The notes under the pieces: generated by a model
Database searches by the model: none
Seen by the model: the letters and a program-made list of their open reading frames with translations, nothing else
What the model was told of the DNA's origin: nothing
Shown: piece after piece, positions 63,393 through 64,000 of the stretch
Layout of the letters: each line of letters starts with the position of its first letter
Position numbering within the stretch: the stretch's first letter is position 1
Translations under genes and position numbers: made by a program
From: Candidatus Cloacimonadota bacterium
GTDB lineage: Bacteria; Cloacimonadota; Cloacimonadia; Cloacimonadales; Cloacimonadaceae
NCBI GenBank assembly: GCA_035363155.1
Contig: DAOSEN010000002.1
Location: forward strand, 209,700-273,699
Length of the DNA stretch: 64,000 nucleotides
Reading direction: 5' to 3'

Positions 63393-64000
63393 TTAGTTAT
63401 TGGCTTTGATAGGTCTTTGATAAATGCGGAACCTTTTGTAGATTCTGCCTTGAGCCCGTTCCATTTCGGCGCGGATCTGGGTATTAGTCTCCAGTTCGTG
63501 GTGGCTGTCCATATTGATCATCCCGGCTTCAGAGCAGGATTTGAGCAGGCTGTAGCCCAAGAGCACGTCTATGCCCTTGCCTCTGTATGTATCTTTGATG
63601 GCGCCCATATACAGATCCAGGGTTTTGGATTTGCGGCTGGCAGCGAGGATTTTCAGGAAACCAAAGGGGAACATCCGGCCTTTGGCTTTGCGGATGCCTT
63701 CCGCCATATTGGGGATGGCCACGATAAAGCCCACCACTTCTCCGTCCTTATTGAGTACGGATTTGATAAAGCGAGGGTTTACCACTGGAAGATAGCGATT
63801 GGCGAGATCTTGCATTTCATGCTCGTCGAAGGTGGAATAGCCATAAAGATGAGTGAAGGATTCGTTCATCAATCTGAAAATCGGCAGGATATAGGGTTTT
63901 AGTTCGCGGGTTTTGGTGAATTCATTCACTTTAAGATCAGGATTGCGGCTCAATACCCGCTCGTAGATTCTGCGGTAGAGATCGGTCATGGCAGTCTGTA
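63393..64000 (-). CDS. GNAT-like acetyltransferase, C-terminal part (the N-terminus probably lies beyond the window)
   Basis: YRGKGIDVLLGYSLL...ELETNTQIRAEMER resembles a GNAT core. The frame remains open upstream of the listed Met to the window edge. Confidence 0.45.
   Translation of the reverse strand, partial: QTAMTDLYRRIYERVLSRNPDLKVNEFTKTRELKPYILPIFRLMNESFTHLYGYSTFDEHEMQDLANRYLPVVNPRFIKSVLNKDGEVVGFIVAIPNMAEGIRKAKGRMFPFGFLKILAASRKSKTLDLYMGAIKDTYRGKGIDVLLGYSLLKSCSEAGMINMDSHHELETNTQIRAEMERAQGRIYKRFRIYQRPIKANN

Noticed and set aside
63384-63902. 172-aa plus-strand ORF
   Set aside because: It is antisense to the GNAT-like gene, which has recognisable motifs.

Overview
This 64-kb chromosomal segment looks like an FCB-group or Cloacimonadota-like anaerobe. 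That lineage call is inference only, based on several very large secreted proteins ending in T9SS-type C-terminal sorting domains, a BamA gene, and TTGACA-type upstream boxes.

Core genes:
- HU plus a 30-aa basic peptide, an MFS transporter, a phosphofructokinase and a SerA-like dehydrogenase.
- rplU-rpmA, a ferredoxin-fused EtfA, an amidohydrolase, QueE and a ThiS-like protein.
- An M20 peptidase-dapB-dapF-RodZ-like cluster.
- A tightly packed minus-strand run: bamA, radical SAM, ispD, GlmS-like, ispF, MobB-like, thiF.
- A cation/proton antiporter.

Accessory and mobile content is unusually rich:
1. A REP-associated tyrosine transposase (RAYT) bracketed by REP clusters.
2. A 7 x 54-bp tandem array in which each unit carries two hairpins.
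3. A group II (IIC-like) intron with RT/maturase, inserted 3 nt after a hairpin.
4. An AT-rich two-gene islet, ABC/SMC-type ATPase plus Toprim-like partner. This is a candidate defence module.
5. A 10.2-kb Mu/Tn7-superfamily transposon at 47130-57305:
   - It has imperfect multi-site ends and a 5-bp AGTAG target duplication.
   - It encodes TniA/TniB-like genes plus a double winged-helix protein.
   - It has an 825-nt non-coding leader packed with palindromic sites.
   - Its cargo is two T9SS beta-helix proteins, two small secreted peptides and an IS3 remnant.
6. Several dispersed palindromic repeat families.

No rRNA, tRNA or CRISPR array was recognised. All family names come from motif recognition by eye. 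No searches were run.
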